From NCBI GenBank assembly GCA_963792965.1, contig CAWBYW010000035.1, positions 32,001 to 96,000 of the forward strand: 64,000 bases of DNA, in the 5' to 3' direction. Shown here one piece after another: positions 1-10,786 of this stretch. Origin of the DNA: an uncultured delta proteobacterium. Its GTDB lineage: Bacteria > Desulfobacterota > Zymogenia > Zymogenales > Zymogenaceae. Under the pieces are notes generated by a model, which did no database searches, was not told where the DNA came from, and saw only the letters and a list, made by a program, of their open reading frames with translations. Numbering within the stretch: the first letter of the stretch is position 1; each line of letters opens with the position of its first letter. Both the position numbers and the translations under genes were made by a program.

Positions 1-382
1 CCTCCGCACGGGAAAGGCACAGGTCGCACTTTACGTACGCGCGGCCGTCCCGCCTCATCGTCGGTATGCCGAGGTGGCACGCCACCGCGCATGCCCCGCA
101 TCCGACACACCGATCCTCGGCCAGGATGACCCGGCCACCGGGATGCTTTTCGATCGCCGCGGCGGGGCAGGCGGCGGCGCACGCGGGGTCGTCACAATGG
201 ATGCACAGAAGCGGTATCGGCATCCCCTCGTGCTCTTTCACCACGATCCGTGTCAGGGGAGGTACGCGCTCGAACACCGCGCCTATGAGCTCCCTTGTCC
301 GCGAGTGCTCGACGGCACAGGCAAGCTCGCACCGCGCGCAACCGATACAGCGACCGACGTCGATTATCAGCGTCCCCTTCAC
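1..382 (-). CDS. CooF-like 4Fe-4S dicluster electron-transfer protein (partial, runs off window edge; not in ORF track)
   Basis: Manual translation from GTG at 382: MKGTLIIDVGRCIGCARCELACAVEH...CIHCDDPACAAACP...CVGCGACAVAC...KCDLC. These are the four Cys motifs of the DmsB/CooF family; gene lies directly downstream of acsD. Confidence 0.8.
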   Translation of the reverse strand, partial: MKGTLIIDVGRCIGCARCELACAVEHSRTRELIGAVFERVPPLTRIVVKEHEGMPIPLLCIHCDDPACAAACPAAAIEKHPGGRVILAEDRCVGCGACAVACHLGIPTMRRDGRAYVKCDLCLSRAE

Positions 383-386
383 GTCT

Positions 387-1333
387 CTATCCCTTCACCA
401 TCTCGTCGATGAACCATTTCATCAATACGGCCGATTCGGGGTGCCTCAGCACCACAATGTCGGCGCCGGCAAGGAGCAGCCCCTCGGCCGTCATCGTCTC
501 AAGCAGCACCCCCCGGAGGGCCGGGTCGCCCAAGAGCGGCGCTTCTTCTCTTGTGAGCCGTGCTTCCTTCGTCTTCCAGGCCTCTCCCGCCACGTGGCAA
601 AAGATCGGCGATCTCAGCTTCTCGTCCCCGGCCGTCAGCGCCGCAATTCTGATGCGCTCCATGACCGAATAGGTGTACTCGAAGCCGTATCCCACCCCCC
701 CACCGTGGGGTCGATGATAACGCGAGAGAGCGGAACGCCCAGGTTCTCCAGAAGGATATTGAGCTGCTTGGCCAGGTTGACGTCGATGGGCGTGGACGCG
801 ATGACCACGTGCCCGTAGGCCAGCGCCGCCGCACCGACCTGCTTGTAGTTTCCCTCCGCGACCGGGCCGATGATGAGCGTGTGGTCCTGGCAGCCCTCCG
901 CCACCGCCTTGAGGACAACGGCGTCCTTCGCCTCGTTTGCCGACCCCCACACGACGAGCGGCACGTTAACTGCCCCGAGCACCGCGCGCACCGTTTCGAG
1001 GGCCTTCTCGGGGGGATCGTCCCTCCCGTTCGGGTCAGTGCCCGAAAGGGTCAGGCATACGAGATCAGGCTTATAGTCCCTCACCGCCTTCTTGGCCCAC
1101 TCTACGGGGTCGGCCGCCTCGTCCCCGAGGGCATCCCGGAGCGTCTTCTGGTCCTCGGCAAGCCCCGTATCGAGCACCTCGATGGCGATCTTCGGCCGGT
1201 TGGGCATGGCGCCCTCAAAGAGGTGAAAGGGGTACGCCCCCTCTCCCCCGATCGTTATCTCGTGCCCGGGCGTGCCGAGGGTCACCGGGGTGATCGTGCC
1301 GCTGTAGGCGATCTTTGCGTCGAGTGCTGCCAT
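387..1333 (-). CDS. acsD: Corrinoid Fe-S protein small subunit (CdhD/AcsD), frameshifted at the C7 run 695-701
   Basis: ORF 635..1333 (TIGGEGAYPFHLFEG, ASTPIDVNLAKQLNILL, IIDPT) continues in the frame of ORF 387..950 (GYGFEYTYSVMERIRIAAL...LLAGADIVVLRHPES). Adding one G to the homopolymer restores the frame. Confidence 0.9.
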
Positions 1334-1552
1334 GGGTCTTCCTTTATTGTCGCGGATAAATGATTGATTTTATATAAAAACGCCGATAAAAAAAAGAAAA
1401 TTTTAGATAAAAATCCATATTACCCGACGATCGCTGAATTATTCCTTCCATCATCGCGACCAAGCGTCCCCCCGAGCTCGCCGGCGGTACGAGATGAGTC
1501 GTTCGCTCCCCTTGTGCCGGGCCCCGCGCAAGACGGAGTCTTTCTACGTGTC

Positions 1553-1766
1553 CTATGCCTTCGTCTTTCTCCGCTCGCTCCCGTACCAGTCGTCCGAGTA
1601 CCAGTAGCGGGCCGCGCTCCTGAGGTAGTTGACCATCTCCGCCCTGTTTCTGAGCTTCTTCCTCCAGTCGTCGGGCGCCTCCGGCTTTCCCGCCACGTAC
1701 GTCGGCCCAAGGACCGCCGCGGTATCGTTCGCCGTCTTGCCCCGTCCCCTTCTTCTGTTGAGTCAT
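1553..1766 (-). CDS. Small (~70 aa) hypothetical protein between cooC and acsD, apparently frameshifted near 1740
   Basis: ATG at 1766 overlaps the cooC stop and has an aaggaga RBS. After a 1-nt correction it reads MTQQKKGT/KTANDTAAVLGPTYVAGKPEAPDDWRKKLRNRAEMVNYLRSAARYWYSDDWYGSERRKTKA*. Confidence 0.55.
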
Positions 1767-2531
1767 GGTTTCTCCTTGACGATCCATTCGTCGACAAGCC
1801 GATCGACCGCCTGTCTGACGGCCGTGCCCGCGCCAAGCCCGGTCACCGGCATATCCTCGGCGTACGCCCGGGCCACAGCCTGCGTCCTCGGGGAGAAGAC
1901 ACAACGGTAAAAGCCCGCTTCTCTCGATCTCCTGTCCCACCGTCGGGGAGAGCCCCGCGCCGTCCACGCGATTGACCACAAGGCCCATCGTGCCCACGCG
2001 GAGGTCCATCTCGGCGGCCAGCTCCCCCAGCCTCCGGGCGGTCCGTATGCCCTTCACGGTATGGTCCGAGACGAGCAAGAGGAGATCGATCGTCCCCATC
2101 GTCCTCCGGGAGAGGTGCTCCATGCCCGCCTCGTTGTCAACGACGACGGCCCGGTAGTTCTTCGCCAGCGTGTCGATCGACTTCCTGAGGAGGTTGTTCA
2201 CGAAACAGTAGCACCCCGGCCCCTCGGGCCTCCCCATGACGAGGAGGTCCACGCCTTTTCCCTCGATGATGGACTGGTGCATCCTCATCTCGAGGAGCGC
2301 GGCCTTCGTCATGCCCGGAGGGATGTTCGCCCGATGCTCGAGGAAATCCTCCCGGATCTCGCCGAGCGTCCTGGTCACCCCGACCCCGAGGGAAGCGCCG
2401 AGGTTGTCGTTTGGGTCGGCGTCGACCGCAAGGATCGGGAGGACACCCCGCTCCTTGAGGGAATCGATGATAAGCGCCGCCAGCGTCGTCTTGCCGGTCC
2501 CCCCCTTTCCCGCCACCGCAATCACTTTCAT
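1763..2531 (-). CDS. cooC: CooC/AcsF nickel-insertion ATPase, frameshift near 1880
   Basis: MKVIAVAGKGGTGKTT, LAVDADP, GRPEGPGCYC, VVDNEAGMEHLSRRT. The C-terminus (AVARAYAEDMPV...KEKP) lies in the frame of ORF 1763..1981. Confidence 0.88.
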
Positions 2532-4483
2532 GGGGCGGTCGCCTCCCTGCCGCCCGACGTCCTGACCTTCACCGACGGAAAGAGGCCGATATCCGTGTGC
2601 GGAAGAAAGAGGGAGGAAAGGTAGCGGTCCATATATCCCGGATCGACCGACAGCTCCACGTTGGTCATCCCCGCAGCCACGGAGAGTCCCTCCCGAAACA
2701 TCGATCGGGACAGGCACCCGAGCACGGCCCCCGCAAGCGACCCGTTGCCGATGAAGTGAAAACGGGAGCGGTCGATGTCCGGCAAAAGGCCGATCGTCAC
2801 GGCGCTCTCGATGTCCAGGCGGCTGCCGAACGCGCCCGAGACGATCACCCGGCCGATATCCGAAACGGCGACGCCGGTCTTCTCCATGAGGGAGAGATAC
2901 CCCGCGAACATCGCGGCCTTGGCGCGCATGACGTTCTGGATATCGACGTCGGAGATGACGATGTCCTCATCTATGCCCGTATCGTGGGCTCGTACCACGA
3001 CGTATTCCGTCCCGCTTGGTCCCCCCCTCACCCGGTCCGTGGGGAGGTCCGTCCTGATCTTCCCATTCTGGTCCAGCGCCCCCCCAACGAAGAGACCGGC
3101 CACTATGTTAATGATCCCCGACCCACAGATGCCCGCCGGCTTCCTTCTCCCGATGGTGGTGACCATCGGCTCAAAATCGTCTCCCAACAGAAAACCCTCG
3201 ATCGCCCCGGGCACGGCGTTGGCGCCGAAGCGCACTCCGCCCCCCTCAAACGCCGGTCCGGCCGAGGTCGAGGCGGTCATCAGCCACTCTCGGTTGCCCA
3301 GCACGATCTCGCCGTTGGTGCCGATGTCGATGAAAAGGGTGATATCCTCGTGTCGAAAAAAGCCCGAGGACAAGACGCCCGAGACGATATCCCCACCGAC
3401 GTAGCTTGCAACGGCCGGGAAAACGAAGAGCGGCACATCCTGTTCCACCCGAAAGCCGACCGTCCGCGCCGACACATCCGGGAAGACCTTTGCCGCCGGA
3501 ACGTAGGGCGCCTCCCGGAGGTACTTCGTCTCAAGGCCCAGCAGAAAGTGAGACATGACCGTATTTCCCGCGCAAACGATATGCGAGATCGATTCCCGAC
3601 GAGTCGCGGTCGACTCCAGGAGGTCATCGATAATGTCGTCAAGGGACTCCACCACGGCACGCGTGAGCGTCCCCATTCCGTCCGCGGTGGCAGCATAAAT
3701 GATCCGGGAGATGACGTCGGCCCCATAGGCTCGCTGGGGGTTGTTCGCGAACCCCCGCGCCACCTCCCGTTGTCCCGTACAGTCGACGAGCGCCGCCCAG
3801 AGGGTGGTCGTGCCGATATCACAGGCCACGCCGATCGACCGTCGCGTGCGACCCCCCGGACTGACGCGGACAAGGTGGGTCCGGGTCATGTCGTGGCCGC
3901 GGTGAGCAAGATCGACCGTCACCTCCCATCCGAGTTCCCTGGTGAGCCGGGGAATCTGCCGCACGAGCGGTAGATCGACGGCGATCCGGTCGATAGCGGT
4001 CGCCTTCCTGACCGCCGAGATGAGCCGCGTCAGGTCGCTTACGTTGTCCGAATGGGATGGGGGACACATGACGATATGGAAGGATTCACAGGGGGGATCA
4101 GAGGGTCGGCCAGCCCGGTCGACCTCTTCGACGGCTCGGATCCGGCTGACGGCCCCAGCCCCTTGGGCCGAGGGACGCGCCGTGCCGCCCTGTCCGGCGG
4201 CAGGCGCGGGCAGCTCGACAGTCATGTCACCGGTGATTTCGACTGCGCACGCGAGGCGGAATCCGCGGTCGTATTTCTTTCGTCCGAGGACGCCCAGCGA
4301 TTCGGGCGACTTCGGAGCGTTTCCCGTAAGCTTGACGGCGCACCCTCCACAGGTCCCCGATCCGCCGCAGTGGGCCGGGAGGAAAAACCCTGCGTCAAGC
4401 GCCGCCTCAAGGAGGGTTGAACCCGGATTCGCGGTGATCCTTTGTTCTCCAGGAAGAAACGTAATCGTTGCCCGTCCGCCCAT
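2528..4483 (-). CDS. acsV: ATP-dependent reductive activator of corrinoid proteins (RACo/AcsV, ASKHA/DUF4445) with N-terminal 2Fe-2S domain
   Basis: CGGSGTCGGC...RLAC ferredoxin domain, DIGTTT, NPQRAYGADVISRI, DIGTNGEIV, SAGPAFEG, GICGSG, GAFGS; located in the acs cluster. Confidence 0.9.
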   Translation of the reverse strand: MGGRATITFLPGEQRITANPGSTLLEAALDAGFFLPAHCGGSGTCGGCAVKLTGNAPKSPESLGVLGRKKYDRGFRLACAVEITGDMTVELPAPAAGQGGTARPSAQGAGAVSRIRAVEEVDRAGRPSDPPCESFHIVMCPPSHSDNVSDLTRLISAVRKATAIDRIAVDLPLVRQIPRLTRELGWEVTVDLAHRGHDMTRTHLVRVSPGGRTRRSIGVACDIGTTTLWAALVDCTGQREVARGFANNPQRAYGADVISRIIYAATADGMGTLTRAVVESLDDIIDDLLESTATRRESISHIVCAGNTVMSHFLLGLETKYLREAPYVPAAKVFPDVSARTVGFRVEQDVPLFVFPAVASYVGGDIVSGVLSSGFFRHEDITLFIDIGTNGEIVLGNREWLMTASTSAGPAFEGGGVRFGANAVPGAIEGFLLGDDFEPMVTTIGRRKPAGICGSGIINIVAGLFVGGALDQNGKIRTDLPTDRVRGGPSGTEYVVVRAHDTGIDEDIVISDVDIQNVMRAKAAMFAGYLSLMEKTGVAVSDIGRVIVSGAFGSRLDIESAVTIGLLPDIDRSRFHFIGNGSLAGAVLGCLSRSMFREGLSVAAGMTNVELSVDPGYMDRYLSSLFLPHTDIGLFPSVKVRTSGGREATAP

Positions 4484-4648
4484 GTCCCTCGATGTTCGAT
4501 CAATTGTCGAAATTCCCTTTCCGGTTACGGTATTGACGGAAAGTCCGCTGTGTGACGGGATGCAATCGGAAAAAGGAACAATAAAATCCGACCCGTGGGC
4601 CGGCATAACTGAAAACCGAAAGGCCGTTTTTCAAAGGGCCTCTTATTG

Positions 4649-4676
4649 ATTATATAATTTCTACTAATTTTGTCAA
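4649..4676 (-). promoter_or_regulatory. Sigma70-type promoter of the acsV cluster
   Basis: Perfect TTGACA-N16-TATAAT on the minus strand in an AT-rich patch. Confidence 0.7.
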
Positions 4677-4735
4677 GTAATTTCCCCCCGACGCGCCCGG
4701 CGGCGCCATTCCCGTCTCTTTGTCCGATCCGTTAT

Positions 4736-5284
4736 CTATGGAGCGGACGGCTTGACGTCGTATATCAGCTCGAAGTCCCAACCCCACCTCCCTTCCTTGA
4801 CCACAAAGCCGAGCTTCTGGTGTAGATGGACCACCCTCAGATTGGTCTTTTCTACATAGATCCAGAGGCGTTTGATGGAGAGATATTTTGCGGCCTCCAC
4901 GACGTTAAGTGCGAGCATCCTTCCGATCCCGGCGCTCTGGTCGACCGGAAGGACGGCCATGAAGTATTCGGCGACCTCATCCGTGATGGGAAGAATGGCG
5001 GCATGCCCGACGATCGCCTCGTCGGGATCCATCACGACGAGGTTGGTGACACCCTCCTCGAAAAAGTGCCTGACCCATGCCTCGAGACGCGCCGGGTTCT
5101 CCGGCGGAACGCCCATGATGTTACGCTTCGGCTTATATTTCCTGTACATCGCAAGGACTTTCTCGAAATCCCTTGGCCCGGCGAAGCGAAATATATGTTC
5201 CCTTCCCTCTCTATCGATAAAATAGTCGATCGGAATATGCCCATACCCACCCAATCCTCCAAATTCGTCTTCGTCAGACTTCAT
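4736..5284 (-). CDS. GNAT family N-acetyltransferase
   Basis: IVGHA...MAVLPVDQSAGIGRML...VEKTNLRVVHLHQKLGF acetyl-CoA-binding motifs. Confidence 0.8.
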   Translation of the reverse strand: MKSDEDEFGGLGGYGHIPIDYFIDREGREHIFRFAGPRDFEKVLAMYRKYKPKRNIMGVPPENPARLEAWVRHFFEEGVTNLVVMDPDEAIVGHAAILPITDEVAEYFMAVLPVDQSAGIGRMLALNVVEAAKYLSIKRLWIYVEKTNLRVVHLHQKLGFVVKEGRWGWDFELIYDVKPSAP

Positions 5285-5348
5285 CCAAGTTCCCGATCGG
5301 AGATCCCTTAAAGAGAAACCACCATCCCGCCCACGGTGCCCGCGCGCC

Positions 5349-6149
5349 TCAGAAGAGCATGTCCGGATCGATCACCCTTCCCTCGCCGAGACATTTTTCG
5401 GCAAACCGCTTCCACCGCTTATAGTCGGGCTCAATGAGCTTATCGCCCTCAAGACCGGCGGCCGTCTTCAGCAGCTCCATCGCATCCCCGTGCAGCCCCG
5501 CCGCCTCCAGTCCGGCCGCGCAGAAGACCGCCGTTCTCAGGCCGCTGGGATCGAGAGCGAGGGCCTCACGCGAAAACGCGAGCGTTTTTCCCTTGTCCCT
5601 GAGCGGCCAGGGGGCCGTCCGGTAGAAAACCGAGAGCTCCCGGGCAGCGCTCCCCCGCTCGTAGGTCTTATCCTGTTTATAGGCGGACATGAGATGCGTG
5701 AGCACCTCGTCCTGTACCCCTTCCTTGAGGGCGTTAATTGTCCCGATTCCATAGATGTAATGCAACGCCGTGAGCGCCCAGTAGAGGTGCCCTTCCACGC
5801 CGTCCGGACGAATCAATACGGCCCGCCCCGCAAACTCCATGCCCTCTCTTCCCAAATCTCTCTGCAGCTCCTTTTTGGGCGATGAATCCAGCGCTTGGTC
5901 GGCTATCCACCAGAGCGATCGCGCCGCCTTCCAGTGCGCCTCGTAGCTGAAGGGAGAAAGCGTAGTCGCCTCACGGAAAAGATCGAGCGCCTTCACGTTG
6001 TCGGGATCAGCTTCAGTGCCCCGTTTCTCCCAGGCCGCGTCCCCCGCGGCCATGAGAGACGATAAATCCTGGCCTCTCATACCGACGGGGTTACCCACCA
6101 GAAGGGCGATGAGAATGATGGCGGCAACCAGGTATTTCCCGAACTTCAT
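5349..6149 (-). CDS. Exported TPR-like helical repeat protein
   Basis: Signal peptide MKFGKYLVAAIILIALL; TPR-like segments YEAHWKAAR, PDGVEGHLYWA, ALALDP. Confidence 0.65.
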   Translation of the reverse strand: MKFGKYLVAAIILIALLVGNPVGMRGQDLSSLMAAGDAAWEKRGTEADPDNVKALDLFREATTLSPFSYEAHWKAARSLWWIADQALDSSPKKELQRDLGREGMEFAGRAVLIRPDGVEGHLYWALTALHYIYGIGTINALKEGVQDEVLTHLMSAYKQDKTYERGSAARELSVFYRTAPWPLRDKGKTLAFSREALALDPSGLRTAVFCAAGLEAAGLHGDAMELLKTAAGLEGDKLIEPDYKRWKRFAEKCLGEGRVIDPDMLF

Positions 6150-6548
6150 CGACATGTCCGGGAGCAATAACAGGCGCCTGCCCGGGTGCCGGCTCGCGAG
6201 CCGGGCGCAAGAACCGTCTCCTCCGGTCTTTACTTTCGCATTATCCATGGTGCGTCATCCCCCGTTCTCCGGTGCGGTAAATGAGGAGAAACGCTCAAAA
6301 TGACCGTGCCGGTCTCCGTCGTTATAAAAGACACACCCGGACCGATACCGCGGCGCCCGGCGGGCCGCGTCCGCGTGAGAGTTACACGGGCGCAGAGACT
6401 ACTGATACTATTGTACAAACGACGGGGTAATTTATCAATAGAAAAGACGTTTCGCGCCGGGTCGAGAAGGAGCGCGTCCGCACAAACCGGTGCGCGATAT
6501 ACCATGGTACACGACTCCATCTAAAAAATCGGTTTTTATAAAAAAAGC

Positions 6549-6577
6549 TTGACAGGGCCGGAAAACTCATATATTGT
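6549..6577 (+). promoter_or_regulatory. Sigma70-type promoter of the trp operon
   Basis: TTGACA at 6549, then TATTGT after a 17-nt spacer; A/T-rich UP-like tract upstream. Confidence 0.55.
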
Positions 6578-6613
6578 CACAAAAAATCGAGTAAAGGGTA
6601 TTTCCAAGACATC

Positions 6614-6697
6614 ATGGATTCGTATCGTATAGAGCGCAAGAGTTTCTGGTGGGTGTGGCGAAACCACATACAAGGAGGTTTGTCCGCCCTATACTAA
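6614..6697 (+). CDS. trpL: trp operon leader peptide (27 aa, MDSYRIERKSFWWVWRNHIQGGLSALY)
   Basis: Short ORF with three Trp codons (TGG TGG GTG TGG) between the promoter and the terminators upstream of trpE. Confidence 0.8.
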   Translation: MDSYRIERKSFWWVWRNHIQGGLSALY

Positions 6698-6727
6698 CGT
6701 CTACTAACATATAGTATATAATCACAT

Positions 6728-6765
6728 AAGGCCGCGGGTGAATCTCAAAACCCGCGGCCTTTTTT
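6728..6765 (+). terminator. Attenuator terminator T1
   Basis: aaggccgcgggt-loop-acccgcggcctt followed by a U tract, upstream of trpE. Confidence 0.85.
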
Positions 6766-6772
6766 GTTCTTC

Positions 6773-6808
6773 AAGCCGCGGGACAGGACCACCCACGGCT
6801 TTTTTTTC
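6773..6808 (+). terminator. Second tandem terminator T2
   Basis: aagccgcggg-loop-cccacggctt followed by a U tract, immediately before the trpE RBS (gaggag). Confidence 0.6.
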
Positions 6809-6823
6809 GAGGAGATGCGCGAA

Positions 6824-8326
6824 ATGCTCACCCCATCGTTTCAAGAATTCGAGAAGCTCTCAAAATGCGGCAACCTGATCCCGATATATCGGGAGATACT
6901 CGCCGATTGCGAGACCCCCGTTTCCGCTTTCATGAAAGTAGACGACCCCAGCAACTCGTTTCTTTTGGAGAGCGTCCAGGGGGGTGAAAAATGGGGAAGA
7001 TACAGCTTCATCGGGATCGGGCCCTCGATCGTCTTTCGCTCCCGCGGGTCCCACGTTGAGATAAAGAAGATCGACAAGACGATCTTCGAGGGGAGCGTGG
7101 ATGATCCCCTCAAAAAGCTTAAGGAATTCATGGGACGCTACCGCGCCATTCAGGTAGAAGGGCTGCCCCGCTTCTACGGCGGGGCCGTCGGCTATCTCGG
7201 GTACAACATGGTACGTTTCATGGAAAAGGTGCCGAAGAGCGGCCGCGATGACCTCGGTACCTACGATATGTATTTTGTCATCGCCGACACGGTCATCATC
7301 TTCGACAACGTAAGGAATACCATTAAGGTGGTAGCAAACGTCTTCCTCGAGGACGGCGCCGATCTCGCCGACGCCTACGGCCGGTCCTCCGAGCGGATTG
7401 ACACGGTAATCGGGCGTCTTACCGGATCCCTGAAAGGGACCGGCCGAAGAGCAAACGAAGGAGACGGGATATCTCTGACATCGAATATGAAAAAGGAGGA
7501 ATTCCTTGCGGCCGTCGCCAAAGGGAAACGCTATATCGAGAACGGCGACGTCATCCAGGTTGTCCTCTCACAGCGTTTTGAGATAGAGGCACACGCCGAT
7601 CCCTTCGATCTCTATCGTGCTCTCCGGACAATAAACCCCTCACCGTACCTCTTCTATCTGAAGTTCGACTCCATCGCCGTCGTCGGCTCATCGCCCGAGG
7701 TGTTGGTCCGGTTGGATCGCGGAAAGGTACAGCTGCGACCCATTGCCGGCACCAGGCCCCGCGGGAAGGATAAGAAAGAGGATGCGCAAATGCAGCGCGA
7801 GCTCCTGTCCGACCCAAAGGAGCGGGCGGAGCACATCATGCTGGTGGACCTCGGCAGGAACGACCTCGGACGGATATCGGAAATCGGCAGCGTCGTCGTC
7901 CGGCAGCTCATGAGGATCGAGAGGTATTCCCACGTCATGCATATCGTCTCCGACATCGAGGGGACGCTTGCGCGGGGAAAAGACGCCTTTGACGTGGTGA
8001 GGGCGGCGTTTCCCGCCGGCACCCTGACCGGGGCGCCGAAAATCCGCGCCATGGAGATCATCGACGAGCTGGAGCCCTGCTCGCGCGGACCGTACGGCGG
8101 CTCGGTCGGTTACTTCGGCTTTTCCGGAAATATGGATATGTGCATCACCATCCGCACGATGCTTGTAAAAGACGGGACGATTTATCTTCAGGCCGGGGCG
8201 GGCATCGTCTACGACTCCGATCCCGAAAGAGAATACGAGGAGACCGTGCACAAGGCTATGGGGATGCTCAGGGCCATCGAGATGGTTAGCAAAAACATGG
8301 AATTGCTGCAGGAGAAAAGGCCATGA
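6824..8326 (+). CDS. trpE: Anthranilate synthase component I
   Basis: [67 protein letters not shown]. Confidence 0.97.
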   Translation: MLTPSFQEFEKLSKCGNLIPIYREILADCETPVSAFMKVDDPSNSFLLESVQGGEKWGRYSFIGIGPSIVFRSRGSHVEIKKIDKTIFEGSVDDPLKKLKEFMGRYRAIQVEGLPRFYGGAVGYLGYNMVRFMEKVPKSGRDDLGTYDMYFVIADTVIIFDNVRNTIKVVANVFLEDGADLADAYGRSSERIDTVIGRLTGSLKGTGRRANEGDGISLTSNMKKEEFLAAVAKGKRYIENGDVIQVVLSQRFEIEAHADPFDLYRALRTINPSPYLFYLKFDSIAVVGSSPEVLVRLDRGKVQLRPIAGTRPRGKDKKEDAQMQRELLSDPKERAEHIMLVDLGRNDLGRISEIGSVVVRQLMRIERYSHVMHIVSDIEGTLARGKDAFDVVRAAFPAGTLTGAPKIRAMEIIDELEPCSRGPYGGSVGYFGFSGNMDMCITIRTMLVKDGTIYLQAGAGIVYDSDPEREYEETVHKAMGMLRAIEMVSKNMELLQEKRP

Positions 8327-8895
8327 TCCTCGTTATCGATAACTACGATTCCTTCACCTACAACCTCGTCCAGTGCCTCGGGGAGCTGGGAGCCGAGTCG
8401 ATCGTCCGTCGTAACGATGAGATCACGGTCGAGGAGATCCCTGAGATGTCACCCGAATTCATCGTGATCTCTCCCGGGCCCGGCGCGCCTCACGAGGCCG
8501 GGGTCTCCGTCGACCTGATCAGGCGCTTTTTCGACATGGCGCCGATCCTCGGCGTCTGTCTCGGCCATCAAGCGATCGGCGAGGCATTCGGGGGCAGGAT
8601 CGTCAGGGCGCGGCGCATCATGCACGGGAAGCTCTCCCCCATTTACCACGATGAACGGGACCTCTTCCGCGACGTCCCGACGCCGTTTCAGGCCGTACGC
8701 TACCATTCCCTGGTGGTCGATCCCGAGTCGCTTCCCGACTGCCTCGTTGTCACCGCCCGCACAGATCAGGACGAGATCATGGCGATGAGACACCGGGACT
8801 ATCCGGTCTTCGGCATTCAATTTCACCCCGAATCGATCATGACCGAGCACGGCAAGAAGATCTTATCGAATTTCCTGGAAAGGAGGACTACATGA
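8323..8895 (+). CDS. trpG: Anthranilate synthase component II (glutamine amidotransferase)
   Basis: [34 protein letters not shown]. Confidence 0.96.
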   Translation: MILVIDNYDSFTYNLVQCLGELGAESIVRRNDEITVEEIPEMSPEFIVISPGPGAPHEAGVSVDLIRRFFDMAPILGVCLGHQAIGEAFGGRIVRARRIMHGKLSPIYHDERDLFRDVPTPFQAVRYHSLVVDPESLPDCLVVTARTDQDEIMAMRHRDYPVFGIQFHPESIMTEHGKKILSNFLERRTT

Positions 8896-9914
8896 TTAAA
8901 TCGTTTCTCACTAAAGTGGCCGACGGCCACGACCTTGGCCGCGGGGAGATGGAATCCGCGATGGATATCATTACAAGCGGAGAGGCCTCCGCCGCGCAGA
9001 TCGGTGCCTTCATCATCGGCCTCAGGATGAAGGGCGAGACGGCCGACGAGATCGCGGGCGCAGCCGCGATCATGAGGAAAAAGGCGGTTAAGATCAGCCC
9101 CAAGCGGCTCACGGGTGACGCGCTTCTGGACACGTGCGGTACGGGCGGGGACGGCAGCGGCACCTTCAACATCTCAACGGCGGCGGCCTTCGTCGCGGCA
9201 GGCGCCGGTGCGCCTGTGGCAAAGCACGGAAACCGCTCCGTTTCCAGCCGATCGGGGAGCGCGGACGTCCTGGAGGCCCTCGGAGTCACCATTACCATTT
9301 CTCCGGCCCACGTCGAGGCGTGCATCGATGAGGTCGGAATAGGCTTTCTCTTTGCCCCCCAGCTTCACGGCGCGATGAAGCACGTGAGCGGCCCGAGGCG
9401 GGAGCTCGGTATTCGGACGATCTTCAATATCCTTGGCCCCCTCACGAATCCGGCCGGCGCCCAGGCCCAGCTTCTCGGCGTCTACGACCCCGATCTGTGC
9501 CCGGTGCTGGCCCGGGTGTTGCTCGCCCTTGGGACGAAGCGGGCGATGGTCGTGCACGGGGAGGGCCTCGATGAAATCACGACCACCGGACAAAACCACG
9601 TCTCCCTCCTCAGGGACGGCCGGATCGAACAACTCACCCTCCGTCCAGAGCGATACGGCCTGAGGAAGGCCAGCCTTGAAGACCTCGCCGGCGGGACCCC
9701 TCTTCAGAACGCGCAGATCATCGAGGATATCCTGAGGGGGAAGGAGGGGCCCAAGTGCGACGTGGTGATGCTCAATGCCGCGGCGGCGCTCACGGTCTGT
9801 GGAATTGCCCCGGACCTTGAGGCGGGGCTGAAAAAAGCGGCCGACTCCATCCATTCCGGCGCGGCCATGGGCAAGCTTCGGGCGTTGCGAGAGTTTTCCG
9901 CCGCCGCGTCGTAG
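8892..9914 (+). CDS. trpD: Anthranilate phosphoribosyltransferase
   Basis: [40 protein letters not shown]. Confidence 0.97.
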   Translation: MIKSFLTKVADGHDLGRGEMESAMDIITSGEASAAQIGAFIIGLRMKGETADEIAGAAAIMRKKAVKISPKRLTGDALLDTCGTGGDGSGTFNISTAAAFVAAGAGAPVAKHGNRSVSSRSGSADVLEALGVTITISPAHVEACIDEVGIGFLFAPQLHGAMKHVSGPRRELGIRTIFNILGPLTNPAGAQAQLLGVYDPDLCPVLARVLLALGTKRAMVVHGEGLDEITTTGQNHVSLLRDGRIEQLTLRPERYGLRKASLEDLAGGTPLQNAQIIEDILRGKEGPKCDVVMLNAAAALTVCGIAPDLEAGLKKAADSIHSGAAMGKLRALREFSAAAS

Positions 9915-9934
9915 GCAAAGATCGACAGGAGCAG

Positions 9935-10786
9935 ATGATGGGCATGCACGGTAACGCAGAGGGCGCGGCCTTCCTGGACCGTATCGTAGAACGGCGCCGC
10001 ATAGCTGTTGAGGAGTCAAAGCTCTCCACGCCCGCGACCGACCTCAAGGCGCGGATCGCCGATCGGGAGCCCACCCGGGGGTTTAGAGACGCGGTAGCAT
10101 CGGGCGGTCACGTCACGGTCATCGCGGAACTGAAAAAGGCCAGTCCCTCGCGGGGCGTCATCCGGGAGGATTTTCGCCCCGTACAGCTTGCCCGCTGCTT
10201 TGAAGAAAACGGGGCCGCGGCCGTCTCCGTCCTGACGGAGCCTGACTTCTTCCTCGGAAGGGACAAGTTCCTCACGGAGGTTCACGGCGCGGTCGGCCTC
10301 CCGGTTCTGAGGAAGGATTTCGTCTTCGATCCCTACCAGATCTACGAGGCGCGGGCGCTCGGCGCCGATGCGGTGCTTCTCATCACCAGGATAATCGCCA
10401 AGGGGCTCCTTGAGGAACTGATCGGGATCGCGCATGCGGTGGGGCTTGATCCCCTCACGGAAGTGCACAGTGAGGAGGAGCTCGGCGCCGCGCTTTCGGC
10501 CGGGACCGACCTAATCGGGATAAACAACCGGGACCTCGAAACGTTCATCACCGATCTCACTACGTCGATTCGGCTCGGTGCGCTCGTCCCCGGGCATATC
10601 CCGACGGTGGCTATGAGCGGGATACGAGGCCCCGAGGACATCGAGAGACTCGGAGAGGCCGGTGTCCGTTCCGTCCTGATCGGGGAGGCGCTGATGAGGA
10701 TTGCCGATGTCGGGGATATCGGACGTACGCTCTCGGGCCTGATCGGCAAGAAGATTCGGCCGGAGGGCGGGAGGTGGCAAAGATGA
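9935..10786 (+). CDS. trpC: Indole-3-glycerol phosphate synthase
   Basis: IAELKKASPSRG, SVLTEPDFF, LRKDF, GINNRDL. Confidence 0.96.
   Translation: MMGMHGNAEGAAFLDRIVERRRIAVEESKLSTPATDLKARIADREPTRGFRDAVASGGHVTVIAELKKASPSRGVIREDFRPVQLARCFEENGAAAVSVLTEPDFFLGRDKFLTEVHGAVGLPVLRKDFVFDPYQIYEARALGADAVLLITRIIAKGLLEELIGIAHAVGLDPLTEVHSEEELGAALSAGTDLIGINNRDLETFITDLTTSIRLGALVPGHIPTVAMSGIRGPEDIERLGEAGVRSVLIGEALMRIADVGDIGRTLSGLIGKKIRPEGGRWQR

Noticed and set aside
1344-2717. 457-aa ORF as a single extended CooC
   Set aside because: The extensions arise from an upstream alternative start and frameshift read-through; the real gene is about 1763..2531.
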